From Escherichia coli (GTDB lineage: Bacteria; Pseudomonadota; Gammaproteobacteria; Enterobacterales; Enterobacteriaceae), in the NCBI RefSeq assembly GCF_044324785.1, contig NZ_CP172127.1: a stretch of 64,000 nucleotides of DNA. One strand, written 5' to 3'. The position numbers were made by a program, and so were the translations under genes. The notes beneath the pieces are model-generated. The model was given only the letters and a program-made list of their open reading frames with translations. It did not search any database and was not told the origin of the DNA. Shown piece after piece: positions 13,664-25,342 of this stretch. The stretch's first letter is position 1; each line of letters starts with the position of its first letter.

Positions 13664-14347
13664 TTATGCGAGAGCCAATTTCTGGCGCGCGTATTGTAGC
13701 GCTTTTTCAATCACTTGCTCAATGCTTAAGGTGGTGGAATCCAACACTAAAGCATCGGCTGCCGGAACCAGTGGCGCTACCGCTCGGTTACGATCGCGGT
13801 CGTCGCGTTCTTTGATCTCGGCCAAAAGGCGCTCAAAGTTAACACTAAAGCCCTTCTCCTGCAACTGTAGCATGCGGCGATGCGCACGTTCTTCCGAGGA
13901 GGCGTCAAGGAAAATTTTCACTGGCGCATCAGGGAATACCACCGTTCCCATATCGCGGCCATCGGCAATCAAGCCTGGTAATTCGCGAAACGCGCGTTGG
14001 CGACGCAATAATGCTTCACGAACGCGTGGGAATGCCGCGACTTGTGAAGCAGCATTCGCCACTTCCTGAGTACGAATTTCGCCGCTGACATCTTCCCCTT
14101 CGAGGATCACTTCCAGATTGCCATTGGTCGACACAAAACGTACATCCAGATGGGATGCCAGCGGCACGAGCGCATCTTCCGATGCAACATCAACATGGTG
14201 ATGTAATGCCGCCAGTGCCAGTACGCGATAAATTGCACCCGAGTCCAGCAGATGCCATTGCAACGCTTCCGCCATAGCCTTACACAAGGTGCCTTTCCCT
14301 GCACCGCTTGGGCCATCAATGGTAATAACCGGGGCAATTGCCGTCAT
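13664..14347 (-). CDS. cmk: Cytidylate kinase
   Basis: 227 aa; P-loop GPSGAGKGT. Confidence 0.97.
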
Positions 14348-14519
14348 CTTTATCTCCTTAAAACAGGCGTACCGTTAACATAACCGCGCGCATTATACGC
14401 GCCGACGCCACAAATCGTTAACGTTGTGTGCAAAAACCAGTTTTGTCTGTATTCAGATGGGGATTTATTGCGCAATTATAGCGGGCTGGCAGAAGACCAG
14501 CCCGAAAGATGACAATGAT

Positions 14520-15284
14520 TTACTTACCAGAGGCGATACGATCACGGATGTGTTGCGCACGCTCTGTTGATGGTGGGTGAGAGTCAAACATGGACTGGGT
14601 ACGACCGCCATCCAGGCTGGCCAATTTTTCAAAGCTGCCAACCAGCCCCTGGGTGCTGATGCCACGTTTCTTCAACAGATCAAAGGAGAAATCATCTGCT
14701 TCGGACTCTTTATCGCGGGAGTATTTAGCATTGATCGCGCCTTCTGCGATATCACCTAATTGTGAGCGAGAAAGCTGGGAAGCCACACCGCTGGTAGCGG
14801 AAATCGCATCACGTGCGGCCACGATCGCATAAGAAGCTTTCATTTCAGCCAGCGAGTGACCCAACGCGACGTGGCCCAGTTCATGACCCAGAACGCCTTC
14901 AATTTCGTTGTCGTTCATCATGTCCATCAGGCCACTGTAGACACGAACACAGCCGTTCGCCATCGCCCATGCGTTGACGTCGCTGGTCATATAAACCTTA
15001 TAGTTGACCGGCGTGCCATTAATATTGTTACCCAATGCTTTGGCGATTTTTGCCAGACGTTTACCGTACTTGCTGGATTTACTTGCGACTTGATTGCCGC
15101 TGTCCATTTCGGCACAGCCCTGATTGGCAATCGCTTTTGCATCAGCATCGCTTAACGTTGCTGCTTTATAGGCATTTAAACCTGAGCTGATAGCCATATT
15201 GGTATCAATACCGTGGGTATTTTGACACCCTGTCAGTAATGCTGCAGAGGCCGCAATCGCCAGCAGTAATTTAGTATTCTTCAT
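14520..15284 (-). CDS. ycaL: M48-family metallopeptidase lipoprotein YcaL
   Basis: ORF 14520..15308; likely start at MKNTKLLLAIAASAALLTGC (lipobox); HELGH zinc motif. Confidence 0.85.
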   Translation of the reverse strand: MKNTKLLLAIAASAALLTGCQNTHGIDTNMAISSGLNAYKAATLSDADAKAIANQGCAEMDSGNQVASKSSKYGKRLAKIAKALGNNINGTPVNYKVYMTSDVNAWAMANGCVRVYSGLMDMMNDNEIEGVLGHELGHVALGHSLAEMKASYAIVAARDAISATSGVASQLSRSQLGDIAEGAINAKYSRDKESEADDFSFDLLKKRGISTQGLVGSFEKLASLDGGRTQSMFDSHPPSTERAQHIRDRIASGK

Positions 15285-15385
15285 GTGAATCATCCGTTGA
15301 TTAATCATATATAAATATTATGTATCAATAACTTACATTGACAAACGACGCTACCATTAATCAAAATGACTCACAAGGTCCGAAA

Positions 15386-15416
15386 AAAAACGCCGGCAAT
15401 GTGCCGACGTTTTGAT
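15386..15416 (-). terminator. Putative terminator downstream of aroA
   Basis: Short GC hairpin (CGGCA-ATG-TGCCG core) flanked by an A8 run and a T-run. Confidence 0.4.
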
Positions 15417-15452
15417 AAAGAAAGATTTGGCTATTTATTGCACGTTGTTCAT

Positions 15453-16736
15453 TCAGGCTGCCTGGCTAATCCGCGCCAGCTGCTCGAAATAATCCGGAAA
15501 TGTTTTGGCCGTGCATTTGGGATCAAGAATCGTCACTGGTGTATCTGACAACGCCACCAGCGAGAAACACATCGCTATCCGGTGATCATTGTATGTCGCG
15601 ATCTCGGCAAAGTTCAGCTTTTCCGGTGGAGTGATACGAATGTAATCGTGCCCCTCTTCTACTTCCGCACCAACTTTACGCAGTTCTGTTGCCATCGCAA
15701 ACAGGCGATCGGTTTCTTTAACACGCCAGTTATAGATATTGCGCAGCGTGGTGGTGCCTTTTGCAAATAACGCCGCCGTGGCAATGGTCATCGCCGCATC
15801 GGGAATATGGTTCATATCCATATCAATAGCGTTCAGTTCACCACGCGTGCAGGAAATATAATCATCACCCCAGCAAATGGTCGCGCCCATTTTTTCCAGC
15901 ACATCAGCAAAGCGAATATCACCCTGCATACTGTTGCGTCCAATGCCGGTCACTTTTACAGTGCCACCTTTGATTGCTGCTGCTGCCAGGAAGTAAGAAG
16001 CCGAAGATGCATCGCCTTCGACCAAATAAGTACCCGGAGACTGATAAGACTGCCCGCCTTTTACGACAAATTGTTGATAGTGCTGATTTTCAATTTCAAC
16101 ACCAAACGTCTTCATCAGATTGAGTGTGATGTTGATATAAGGTTTAGAAACCAGATCGCCTTTAATACGAATCACCGTATCTTCCGGTGCAAGAGGCGCA
16201 GTCATTAACAGTGCGGTGAGGAACTGGCTGGAAACGGAGCCATCAACGTCAACGTTGCCGCCAGTAAAGCCGCCCTGTAAACGCAATGGCGGATAATTTT
16301 CTTGTTCCAGGTAAGTGATCTTCGCCCCGCCCAGGCGCAGCGCATCCACCAGATGACCAATCGGGCGCTCTTTCATACGCGGCTCACCAGTCAGCACAAT
16401 ATCATTGCTACCCAGACAAAGAGCTGCCGCCAGCGGGCGCATTGCCGTTCCGGCGTTTCCGAGGAACAACTCCAGGGCACCTTCTGCGTGTAATGGACCG
16501 CCGTTACCGATGATTTCGCAACGCGTACGATCGGCTGAAAGCGTATAGCTTACCCCTAACGCTGCTAATGCATTCAGCATATGGCGCACGTCATCGCTAT
16601 CCAGCAGATTGGTTAATACTGTTTTGCCGTGTGCTAATGCCGCCAGCAATAAAGCGCGGTTAGAAACGCTCTTGGAACCGGGCAGATTAATAGTGCCATC
16701 GACACGAGCGATGGGTTGTAACGTCAGGGATTCCAT
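15453..16736 (-). CDS. aroA: 3-phosphoshikimate 1-carboxyvinyltransferase (EPSP synthase)
   Basis: 427 aa, [35 protein letters not shown]... Confidence 0.98.
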   Translation of the reverse strand: MESLTLQPIARVDGTINLPGSKSVSNRALLLAALAHGKTVLTNLLDSDDVRHMLNALAALGVSYTLSADRTRCEIIGNGGPLHAEGALELFLGNAGTAMRPLAAALCLGSNDIVLTGEPRMKERPIGHLVDALRLGGAKITYLEQENYPPLRLQGGFTGGNVDVDGSVSSQFLTALLMTAPLAPEDTVIRIKGDLVSKPYINITLNLMKTFGVEIENQHYQQFVVKGGQSYQSPGTYLVEGDASSASYFLAAAAIKGGTVKVTGIGRNSMQGDIRFADVLEKMGATICWGDDYISCTRGELNAIDMDMNHIPDAAMTIATAALFAKGTTTLRNIYNWRVKETDRLFAMATELRKVGAEVEEGHDYIRITPPEKLNFAEIATYNDHRIAMCFSLVALSDTPVTILDPKCTAKTFPDYFEQLARISQAA

Positions 16737-16754
16737 GAACTCAACTCTCTACAA

Positions 16755-16790
16755 CAGAAATAAAAACCCCACAGGCTGGCTGTGGGGATT
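16755..16790 (-). terminator. Hairpin/attenuator in the serC-aroA intergenic region
   Basis: CCCCACAGCCAGCCTGTGGGG stem-loop followed by a T-run on the minus strand, between serC stop and aroA start. Confidence 0.6.
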
Positions 16791-16806
16791 AAGCAAAATT
16801 TCGGCA

Positions 16807-17895
16807 TTAACCGTGACGGCGTTCGAACTCAACCATGAAGTCTGTCAGCGCTTTAACGCCTTCCAGCGGCATGGCATTATAAATAGACGCGCGCATTCCG
16901 CCGACCACACGGTGACCTTTCAGTGCATGAAGGCCTGCAGCAAAAGACTCTTCAAGGAACAATTTGTCAAGCGCACTGTCCGCCAACTGGAACGGCACGT
17001 TCATCCGCGAACGGTTAGCTTTCGCCACGTCATTGCGGTAGAAATCGCTGTTATCAATCACCCCATACAGCAGTTCTGCTTTTTGCTGATTGATTTTATC
17101 CATTGCAGCTACACCGCCGTTCGCTTTCAGCCATTTAAAGACCAGACCAGACAGATACCAGGCAAATGTCGGCGGCGTGTTAAACATGGAGTCGTTATCG
17201 TTGAGAATGGAATAATCCAGAATCGACGGACACGCGATATTCGCTTTGCCCAGCAAATCTTCACGAACGATGACGATTGTCAGGCCAGCCGGGCCGATAT
17301 TTTTCTGCGCGCCAGCGTAAATTACACCATAACGGCTGACGTCAATCGGACGGGAAAGAATGGTTGAAGAGAAGTCGGCGGCGACCACCACATCTTTGCC
17401 GAAGTCTGGCGTTTCGTCGATAGCGATACCGTCGATGGTTTCATTCGGGCAGTAATGCATATAAGCAGCATTATCAGAGAGTTGCCATTCACGCATTGGT
17501 TTAACCGCGCGCAGACCATCAACAGTCACTTTGGCGTCAAAGACATTAGGCGTGCAGTATTTTTTCGCTTCTTTAATGGCACTTGCCGCCCAGTAACCGG
17601 CATCAACATAATCTGCAGTGGTTTTATCACCGAGAATATTCAGCGGAACAGCAGCAAACTGACCGCGACCGCCGCCATGGCAGAACAATACTTTGTAGTT
17701 GGAGGGGACATTAAGAAGATCGCGAAAATCCTTCTCGGCTTCCTCTGCAACCTGAATGAACTCTTTGCCACGGTGACTCACTTCCATCACCGACGTACCA
17801 AGACCGTTCCAGTCGCGCAGTTCCTGTTGAGCCTGTTTAAGCACCTCTGCCGGTAGCATTGCCGGACCAGAACTAAAATTGAAGATTTGAGCCAT
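16807..17895 (-). CDS. serC: Phosphoserine aminotransferase
   Basis: 362 aa, [46 protein letters not shown]... Confidence 0.98.
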   Translation of the reverse strand: MAQIFNFSSGPAMLPAEVLKQAQQELRDWNGLGTSVMEVSHRGKEFIQVAEEAEKDFRDLLNVPSNYKVLFCHGGGRGQFAAVPLNILGDKTTADYVDAGYWAASAIKEAKKYCTPNVFDAKVTVDGLRAVKPMREWQLSDNAAYMHYCPNETIDGIAIDETPDFGKDVVVAADFSSTILSRPIDVSRYGVIYAGAQKNIGPAGLTIVIVREDLLGKANIACPSILDYSILNDNDSMFNTPPTFAWYLSGLVFKWLKANGGVAAMDKINQQKAELLYGVIDNSDFYRNDVAKANRSRMNVPFQLADSALDKLFLEESFAAGLHALKGHRVVGGMRASIYNAMPLEGVKALTDFMVEFERRHG

Positions 17896-18093
17896 TTCCC
17901 CTCACCACGTTGCGTTGCTATTAACCCGCGGTCAATCGATTGCGACCACAGGTAATACATTATTCCTGTGGCTATCGGTTTTATCATTCAGTGACACACA
18001 TCGCAATGAGTAAAACCGTTGAGGGCAAAAATGTGGCTTGCATCACACAAAAGAATCTCTCGGATTATTAGCAAAAAGCCGATGTTTTTACTG

Positions 18094-18786
18094 TCAGGTC
18101 ACCCGTTTTGCCCGACTTGCCTTCGTCCATTCTGGATTTGCACAGCGCGGACATAATTGTTTTTCCCCCGCGTTCATATGAATGATTTCACTGCAACGAA
18201 TGCAGGCATAGTCCGCCGACTCGGGTACCACTTTGTAACGCTGAGTACAGTCACTGGGTAAAATAAGTAAGCCCGGTTTCACCTTGTCATCTTCAAAGAA
18301 ATAGACACTGATTTGCCCGTTGGTTTCGAGAATCGCCAGACGTACCTGCCCCAACTGCTCTACACCGCGCAATCGTAGCTCCATAAAGAACTCAAATTCC
18401 GTCATGTTGGAGTTATTGAGTTTTGACCAGGCCAGCTCGCCATCTTCAATAATGACAACCGGCTTACCTTCCAGAAGATCTTCCAGTTTTTCACTGTGCG
18501 CCATCAACCACATTACCAGTCGGTATAACAACGCCAGAGTAATAAAGACGATAAGTACCGGGACCATCGGCACATCATCATAAAACGCCACATCTCCCGC
18601 CGCTGATCCCAGCGTCAGAATGATTAACACTTCAAAAAGCGACATCTGCCGCACACCGCGTCTTCCGGTCATTTTGAGGAACAAAAAAACCAGTACAAAG
18701 GTATACAGACTACGTAGTGCCACTTCGCCAAGGAAATCAAAAGGCACTTTATCAAATGCCATACGGTGGAGATCGAACGCCTTCAT
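18094..18786 (-). CDS. ycaP: DUF421 inner-membrane protein YcaP
   Basis: 230-aa ORF with TM segments; synteny. Confidence 0.8.
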   Translation of the reverse strand: MKAFDLHRMAFDKVPFDFLGEVALRSLYTFVLVFLFLKMTGRRGVRQMSLFEVLIILTLGSAAGDVAFYDDVPMVPVLIVFITLALLYRLVMWLMAHSEKLEDLLEGKPVVIIEDGELAWSKLNNSNMTEFEFFMELRLRGVEQLGQVRLAILETNGQISVYFFEDDKVKPGLLILPSDCTQRYKVVPESADYACIRCSEIIHMNAGEKQLCPRCANPEWTKASRAKRVT

Positions 18787-18915
18787 TTTTATGCTCTTAT
18801 CGTAGTTTATCCACTAAAAGCATAGTCAACAGTTCATCGGCATGGCGGCGGTGATAGCGCCTTTGAGATAAAACCCGTATTATTGCGCGCTTTCCGTACG
18901 ACTAAAGTGATTTTC

Positions 18916-20676
18916 ATGACGCAAACATTTATCCCCGGCAAAGATGCCGCTCTGGAAGATTCCATCGCTCGCTTCCAGCAAAAACTTTCAGACCTCGGTT
19001 TTCAGATTGAAGAGGCCTCCTGGCTGAATCCCGTGCCTAACGTCTGGTCTGTACATATTCGCGACAAAGAGTGCGCACTGTGTTTTACCAACGGTAAAGG
19101 CGCAACCAAGAAAGCGGCGCTGGCTTCTGCACTCGGTGAATATTTCGAGCGTCTCTCAACCAACTACTTTTTTGCTGATTTCTGGCTGGGCGAAACCATC
19201 GCCAACGGTCCATTTGTGCATTATCCCAACGAAAAATGGTTCCCACTGACCGAAAATGACGATGTGCCAGAAGGGCTGCTCGATGACCGTCTGCGCGCAT
19301 TTTACGATCCGGAGAATGAATTGACCGGCAGTATGCTGATTGACCTGCAATCTGGTAACGAAGATCGTGGTATTTGCGGCCTGCCGTTTACGCGTCAGTC
19401 CGACAATCAGATCGTTTATATTCCGATGAATATCATTGGTAACCTGTACGTTTCTAACGGTATGTCCGCTGGCAATACCCGCAACGAAGCACGCGTTCAG
19501 GGGTTGTCCGAAGTTTTCGAACGCTACGTGAAAAACCGCATTATTGCTGAAAGCATCAGCTTGCCGGAAATCCCGGCAGACGTGCTGGCGCGTTACCCAG
19601 CGGTGGTTGAAGCCATCGAAACGCTGGAAGCAGAAGGTTTCCCAATCTTTGCTTATGATGGTTCGCTTGGCGGCCAGTATCCGGTGATTTGCGTGGTACT
19701 GTTCAATCCTGCTAACGGTACCTGCTTTGCCTCTTTCGGTGCGCATCCTGATTTTGGCGTAGCACTGGAACGTACCGTGACCGAGCTGCTGCAAGGTCGT
19801 GGCCTGAAAGATTTGGATGTGTTTACTCCGCCAACCTTCGATGATGAAGAAGTTGCTGAACATACCAACCTCGAAACGCACTTTATCGATTCCAGCGGTT
19901 TAATCTCCTGGGACCTGTTCAAGCAGGATGCCGATTATCCGTTTGTGGACTGGAATTTCTCCGGCACTACGGAAGAAGAGTTTGCTACGCTGATGGCTAT
20001 CTTCAACAAAGAAGATAAAGAAGTTTATATTGCCGATTACGAGCATCTGGGCGTTTATGCTTGCCGTATTATTGTGCCTGGCATGTCCGATATTTATCCG
20101 GCTGAAGATCTGTGGCTGGCGAATAACAGTATGGGCAGCCATTTACGTGAAACGATTCTTTCGTTACCAGGCAGCGAGTGGGAAAAAGAAGATTACCTGA
20201 ACCTTATCGAGCAACTGGATGAAGAAGGTTTTGATGACTTTACTCGCGTGCGTGAGCTGTTGGGTCTGGCGACCGGGTCGGATAACGGTTGGTACACCCT
20301 GCGTATCGGAGAATTAAAAGCCATGCTGGCGCTGGCTGGTGGCGATCTGGAACAGGCTCTGGTCTGGACCGAATGGACGATGGAGTTTAACTCATCAGTA
20401 TTTAGTCCGGAACGCGCCAACTATTATCGCTGCCTGCAAACGTTGTTATTACTGGCGCAGGAAGAAGATCGCCAGCCGCTGCAATATCTGAATGCGTTTG
20501 TTCGCATGTACGGCGCAGATGCCGTGGAAGCCGCCAGTGCGGCAATGAGCGGCGAAGCGGCGTTTTATGGCTTGCAACCAGTAGATAGCGATCTGCACGC
20601 GTTTGCTGCACATCAGTCGTTGTTGAAGGCCTACGAAAAGCTGCAGCGCGCCAAAGCAGCATTCTGGGCAAAATAA
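18916..20676 (+). CDS. ycaO: YcaO-domain protein
   Basis: ORF 18883..20676; likely start at the internal MTQTFIPGKDAALEDS... Confidence 0.9.
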   Translation: MTQTFIPGKDAALEDSIARFQQKLSDLGFQIEEASWLNPVPNVWSVHIRDKECALCFTNGKGATKKAALASALGEYFERLSTNYFFADFWLGETIANGPFVHYPNEKWFPLTENDDVPEGLLDDRLRAFYDPENELTGSMLIDLQSGNEDRGICGLPFTRQSDNQIVYIPMNIIGNLYVSNGMSAGNTRNEARVQGLSEVFERYVKNRIIAESISLPEIPADVLARYPAVVEAIETLEAEGFPIFAYDGSLGGQYPVICVVLFNPANGTCFASFGAHPDFGVALERTVTELLQGRGLKDLDVFTPPTFDDEEVAEHTNLETHFIDSSGLISWDLFKQDADYPFVDWNFSGTTEEEFATLMAIFNKEDKEVYIADYEHLGVYACRIIVPGMSDIYPAEDLWLANNSMGSHLRETILSLPGSEWEKEDYLNLIEQLDEEGFDDFTRVRELLGLATGSDNGWYTLRIGELKAMLALAGGDLEQALVWTEWTMEFNSSVFSPERANYYRCLQTLLLLAQEEDRQPLQYLNAFVRMYGADAVEAASAAMSGEAAFYGLQPVDSDLHAFAAHQSLLKAYEKLQRAKAAFWAK

Positions 20677-21008
20677 AATCAAATAGCCTACGCAATGTAG
20701 GCTTAATGATTCGTCTGAGTTATATTACGGGGCGTTTTTTTAATGCCCCGCTTTACATATATTTGCATTAATAAAATAATTGTAATTATAAAGTTAAATA
20801 TCGGTAATTTGTATTTAATAAATACGATCGATATTGTTACTTTATTCGCCTGGTGCTCCCTTTTAATTAACTGTTTTAGCGGAGGATGCGGAAAAAATTC
20901 AACTCATTTGTTAATTTTTAAAATTTATTTTTATTTGGATAATCAAATATTTACTCCGTATTTGCATAAAAACCATGCGAGTTACGGGCCTATAAGCCAG
21001 GCGAGATA

Positions 21009-21036
21009 TGATCTATATCAATTTCTCATCTATAAT
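21009..21036 (+). promoter_or_regulatory. FNR-type site (TGATCTATATCAA) with a TATAAT -10 hexamer about 10 bp downstream, in the focA-pfl promoter region
   Basis: Near-consensus TTGAT-N4-ATCAA at 21009-21021; TATAAT at 21031-21036; lies in the AT-rich 20700-21080 interval upstream of focA. Confidence 0.6.
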
Positions 21037-21081
21037 GCTTTGTTAGTATCTCGTCGCCGACTTAATAAAGAGAGAGTTAGT

Positions 21082-21939
21082 GTGAAAGCTGACAACCCTT
21101 TTGATCTTTTACTTCCTGCAGCAATGGCCAAAGTGGCCGAAGAGGCAGGTGTCTATAAAGCAACGAAACATCCGCTTAAGACTTTCTATCTGGCGATTAC
21201 CGCCGGTGTTTTCATCTCAATCGCATTCGTCTTCTATATCACAGCAACCACTGGCACAGGAACAATGCCCTTCGGCATGGCAAAACTGGTTGGCGGCATT
21301 TGCTTCTCTCTGGGGCTGATTCTTTGTGTTGTCTGCGGAGCCGATCTCTTTACTTCCACAGTGTTGATTGTTGTTGCTAAGGCGAGTGGGCGCATCACCT
21401 GGGGTCAGTTGGCGAAAAACTGGCTAAATGTCTATTTTGGCAACCTGGTCGGCGCACTGCTGTTTGTACTTTTAATGTGGCTTTCCGGCGAGTATATGAC
21501 CGCGAATGGTCAATGGGGACTAAACGTTCTACAAACCGCCGACCACAAAGTGCACCATACTTTTATTGAGGCCGTCTGTCTTGGTATCCTGGCAAACCTG
21601 ATGGTATGTCTGGCAGTATGGATGAGTTATTCTGGCCGCAGCCTGATGGATAAAGCGTTCATTATGGTGCTGCCGGTCGCGATGTTTGTTGCCAGCGGTT
21701 TTGAGCACAGTATCGCAAACATGTTTATGATCCCGATGGGTATTGTAATCCGCGACTTCGCATCTCCGGAATTCTGGACCGCTGTCGGTTCTGCACCGGA
21801 AAATTTTTCTCACCTGACCGTGATGAACTTCATCACTGATAACCTGATTCCGGTTACGATCGGTAATATTATCGGCGGTGGTTTGTTGGTTGGGTTGACA
21901 TACTGGGTCATTTACCTGCGTGAAAACGATCACCATTAA
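21082..21939 (+). CDS. focA: Formate channel FocA
   Basis: Probable GTG start giving (V/M)KADNPFDLLLPAAMAK...; 285 aa. The track ORF from 20743 is an upstream over-extension. Confidence 0.9.
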   Translation: MKADNPFDLLLPAAMAKVAEEAGVYKATKHPLKTFYLAITAGVFISIAFVFYITATTGTGTMPFGMAKLVGGICFSLGLILCVVCGADLFTSTVLIVVAKASGRITWGQLAKNWLNVYFGNLVGALLFVLLMWLSGEYMTANGQWGLNVLQTADHKVHHTFIEAVCLGILANLMVCLAVWMSYSGRSLMDKAFIMVLPVAMFVASGFEHSIANMFMIPMGIVIRDFASPEFWTAVGSAPENFSHLTVMNFITDNLIPVTIGNIIGGGLLVGLTYWVIYLRENDHH

Positions 21940-21993
21940 TGGTTGTCGAAGTACGCAGTAAATAAAAAATCCACTTAAGAAGGTAGGTGTTAC

Positions 21994-24276
21994 ATGTCCG
22001 AGCTTAATGAAAAGTTAGCCACAGCCTGGGAAGGTTTTACCAAAGGTGACTGGCAGAATGAAGTAAACGTCCGTGACTTCATTCAGAAAAACTACACTCC
22101 GTACGAGGGTGACGAGTCCTTCCTGGCTGGCGCTACTGAAGCGACCACCACCCTGTGGGACAAAGTAATGGAAGGCGTTAAACTGGAAAACCGCACTCAC
22201 GCGCCAGTTGACTTTGACACCGCTGTTGCTTCCACCATCACCTCTCACGACGCTGGCTACATCAACAAAGCGTTGGAAAAAGTTGTTGGTCTGCAGACTG
22301 AAGCTCCGCTGAAACGTGCTCTTATCCCGTTCGGTGGTATCAAAATGATCGAAGGTTCCTGCAAAGCGTACAACCGCGAACTGGACCCGATGATCAAAAA
22401 AATCTTCACTGAATACCGTAAAACTCACAACCAGGGCGTGTTCGACGTTTACACTCCGGACATCCTGCGTTGCCGTAAATCCGGTGTTCTGACCGGTCTG
22501 CCAGATGCTTATGGCCGTGGTCGTATCATCGGTGACTACCGTCGCGTTGCGCTGTACGGTATCGACTACCTGATGAAAGACAAACTTGCACAGTTCACCT
22601 CTCTGCAGGCTGATCTGGAAAACGGCGTAAACCTGGAACAGACTATCCGTCTGCGCGAAGAAATCGCTGAACAGCACCGCGCTCTGGGTCAGATGAAAGA
22701 AATGGCTGCGAAATACGGCTACGACATCTCTGGTCCGGCTACCAACGCTCAGGAAGCTATCCAGTGGACTTACTTCGGCTACCTGGCTGCTGTTAAGTCT
22801 CAGAACGGTGCTGCAATGTCCTTCGGTCGTACCTCCACCTTCCTGGATGTGTACATCGAACGTGACCTGAAAGCTGGCAAGATCACCGAACAAGAAGCGC
22901 AGGAAATGGTTGACCACCTGGTCATGAAACTGCGTATGGTTCGCTTCCTGCGTACTCCGGAATACGATGAACTGTTCTCTGGCGACCCGATCTGGGCAAC
23001 CGAATCTATCGGTGGTATGGGCCTCGACGGTCGTACCCTGGTTACCAAAAACAGCTTCCGTTTCCTGAACACCCTGTACACCATGGGTCCGTCTCCGGAA
23101 CCGAACATGACCATTCTGTGGTCTGAAAAACTGCCGCTGAACTTCAAGAAATTCGCCGCTAAAGTGTCCATCGACACCTCTTCTCTGCAGTATGAGAACG
23201 ATGACCTGATGCGTCCGGACTTCAACAACGATGACTACGCTATCGCTTGCTGCGTAAGCCCGATGATCGTTGGTAAACAAATGCAGTTCTTCGGTGCGCG
23301 TGCAAACCTGGCGAAAACCATGCTGTACGCAATCAACGGTGGCGTTGACGAAAAACTGAAAATGCAGGTTGGTCCGAAGTCTGAACCGATCAAAGGCGAT
23401 CTCCTGAACTACGATGAAGTGATGGAGCGCATGGATCACTTCATGGACTGGCTGGCTAAACAGTACATCACTGCACTGAACATCATCCACTACATGCACG
23501 ACAAGTACAGCTACGAAGCCTCTCTGATGGCGCTGCACGACCGTGACGTTATCCGCACCATGGCGTGTGGTATCGCTGGTCTGTCCGTTGCTGCTGACTC
23601 CCTGTCTGCAATCAAATATGCGAAAGTTAAACCGATTCGTGACGAAGACGGTCTGGCTATCGACTTCGAAATCGAAGGCGAATACCCGCAGTTTGGTAAC
23701 AACGATCCGCGTGTAGATGACCTGGCTGTTGACCTGGTAGAACGTTTCATGAAGAAAATTCAGAAACTGCACACCTACCGTGACGCAATCCCGACTCAGT
23801 CTGTTCTGACCATCACTTCTAACGTTGTGTATGGTAAGAAAACTGGTAACACCCCAGACGGTCGTCGTGCTGGCGCGCCGTTCGGACCGGGTGCTAACCC
23901 GATGCACGGTCGTGACCAGAAAGGTGCTGTAGCGTCTCTGACTTCCGTTGCTAAACTGCCGTTTGCTTACGCTAAAGATGGTATCTCCTACACCTTCTCT
24001 ATCGTTCCGAACGCACTGGGTAAAGACGACGAAGTTCGTAAGACCAACCTGGCAGGTCTGATGGATGGTTACTTCCACCACGAAGCATCCATCGAAGGTG
24101 GTCAGCACCTGAACGTTAACGTGATGAACCGTGAAATGCTGCTCGACGCGATGGAAAACCCGGAAAAATATCCGCAGCTGACCATCCGTGTATCTGGCTA
24201 CGCAGTACGTTTCAACTCGCTGACTAAAGAACAGCAGCAGGACGTTATTACTCGTACCTTCACTCAATCTATGTAA
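21994..24276 (+). CDS. pflB: Pyruvate formate-lyase
   Basis: 760 aa, [39 protein letters not shown]...; glycyl-radical motif RVSGYAV near the C-terminus. Confidence 0.98.
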   Translation: MSELNEKLATAWEGFTKGDWQNEVNVRDFIQKNYTPYEGDESFLAGATEATTTLWDKVMEGVKLENRTHAPVDFDTAVASTITSHDAGYINKALEKVVGLQTEAPLKRALIPFGGIKMIEGSCKAYNRELDPMIKKIFTEYRKTHNQGVFDVYTPDILRCRKSGVLTGLPDAYGRGRIIGDYRRVALYGIDYLMKDKLAQFTSLQADLENGVNLEQTIRLREEIAEQHRALGQMKEMAAKYGYDISGPATNAQEAIQWTYFGYLAAVKSQNGAAMSFGRTSTFLDVYIERDLKAGKITEQEAQEMVDHLVMKLRMVRFLRTPEYDELFSGDPIWATESIGGMGLDGRTLVTKNSFRFLNTLYTMGPSPEPNMTILWSEKLPLNFKKFAAKVSIDTSSLQYENDDLMRPDFNNDDYAIACCVSPMIVGKQMQFFGARANLAKTMLYAINGGVDEKLKMQVGPKSEPIKGDLLNYDEVMERMDHFMDWLAKQYITALNIIHYMHDKYSYEASLMALHDRDVIRTMACGIAGLSVAADSLSAIKYAKVKPIRDEDGLAIDFEIEGEYPQFGNNDPRVDDLAVDLVERFMKKIQKLHTYRDAIPTQSVLTITSNVVYGKKTGNTPDGRRAGAPFGPGANPMHGRDQKGAVASLTSVAKLPFAYAKDGISYTFSIVPNALGKDDEVRKTNLAGLMDGYFHHEASIEGGQHLNVNVMNREMLLDAMENPEKYPQLTIRVSGYAVRFNSLTKEQQQDVITRTFTQSM

Positions 24277-24317
24277 TTAGATTTGACTGAAATCGTACAG
24301 TAAAAAGCGTACAATAA

Positions 24318-24346
24318 AGGCTCCACGAAAGTGGGGCCTTTTTTAG
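24318..24346 (+). terminator. Rho-independent terminator downstream of pflB
   Basis: AGGCTCCACGAAAGTGGGGCCTTTTTT. Confidence 0.8.
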
Positions 24347-24467
24347 CACGAGAGCCTTTTTTGTCAGCTATCTATACTTTAATGTGACTGCCAAAACAGA
24401 CTCGACGTAGCCTTCGAGCTGCGCACCAACACGGCCTCAGATGGGCCACATCTGGAGAAACACCGCA

Positions 24468-25208
24468 ATGTCAGTTATTGGTCGCATTCACTCCTTTGAA
24501 TCCTGTGGAACCGTAGACGGCCCGGGTATTCGCTTTATCACCTTTTTCCAGGGCTGCCTGATGCGCTGCCTGTATTGTCATAACCGCGACACCTGGGATA
24601 CGCATGGCGGTAAAGAAGTTACCGTTGAAGATTTAATGAAGGAAGTGGTGACCTATCGCCACTTTATGAACGCTTCCGGCGGCGGCGTTACCGCATCCGG
24701 TGGTGAAGCAATCCTGCAAGCCGAGTTCGTTCGCGACTGGTTCCGCGCCTGCAAAAAAGAAGGCATTCATACCTGTCTGGACACTAACGGTTTTGTTCGT
24801 CGTTACGATCCAGTAATTGATGAACTTCTGGAAGTGACCGACCTGGTAATGCTCGATCTCAAACAGATGAACGACGAAATCCACCAGAATCTGGTAGGCG
24901 TTTCCAACCATCGTACACTCGAGTTTGCTAAATATCTGGCGAACAAAAATGTGAAAGTCTGGATACGTTATGTCGTAGTACCTGGCTGGTCTGACGATGA
25001 CGATTCAGCTCATCGCCTCGGTGAATTTACTCGCGATATGGGTAACGTCGAAAAAATCGAGCTCCTCCCCTACCATGAGTTAGGCAAACATAAGTGGGTG
25101 GCGATGGGCGAAGAGTACAAACTCGACGGTGTGAAACCACCGAAAAAAGAAACCATGGAGCGAGTGAAAGGGATTCTTGAGCAATATGGTCATAAAGTGA
25201 TGTTCTAA
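24468..25208 (+). CDS. pflA: Pyruvate formate-lyase activating enzyme (radical SAM)
   Basis: ORF 24441..25208; start at [20 protein letters not shown]; CxxxCxxC motif CLYCHNRD. Confidence 0.95.
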   Translation: MSVIGRIHSFESCGTVDGPGIRFITFFQGCLMRCLYCHNRDTWDTHGGKEVTVEDLMKEVVTYRHFMNASGGGVTASGGEAILQAEFVRDWFRACKKEGIHTCLDTNGFVRRYDPVIDELLEVTDLVMLDLKQMNDEIHQNLVGVSNHRTLEFAKYLANKNVKVWIRYVVVPGWSDDDDSAHRLGEFTRDMGNVEKIELLPYHELGKHKWVAMGEEYKLDGVKPPKKETMERVKGILEQYGHKVMF

Positions 25209-25264
25209 AACATCATGTGCAGGCTGAATTCCGACCTGCCACCCCTTCCTTTAGTAGTAAAAAG

Positions 25265-25300
25265 TAAATCAGCGTTGAGAACATGCTCGACGCTGATTTA
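25265..25300. terminator. Bidirectional hairpin between the convergent pflA and bcsC-like genes
   Basis: TAAATCAGCG-N16-CGCTGATTTA inverted repeat. Confidence 0.55.
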
Positions 25301-25342
25301 CTGGATTTAATTTCCGAGTTTTAACCTTCTGATTCTACCTCA

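Noticed and set aside
20728-20750. Hairpin CGGGGC...GCCCCG downstream of ycaO as a terminator
   Set aside because: Loop is long and T-rich and there is no clean T-run after the stem; it may be a weak terminator or part of the pfl regulatory region, but is not supportable as a confident call.
20743-21081. N-terminal 113-aa extension of focA in the track ORF (398 aa)
   Set aside because: The extension runs through the AT-rich promoter region with no coding character; a start at 21082 gives a protein beginning (M)KADNPFDLL of the expected length. Similar over-extensions were trimmed for ycaI, ycaL, ycaO, pflA, ycaM, dmsC, lrp, trxB and smtA.
22015-24267. 750-aa ORF on the minus strand spanning nearly all of pflB
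   Set aside because: Antisense to a clear, highly conserved pflB reading frame; the translation is low-complexity and stop-free only because of pflB codon bias. Same reasoning applies to other long antisense ORFs in the track (385-1269 in mukF, 12378-13517 in rpsA, 19156-19881 in ycaO, 26396-27268 in the bcsC-like gene, 45777-46733 in dmsA, 47966-48505 in serS).
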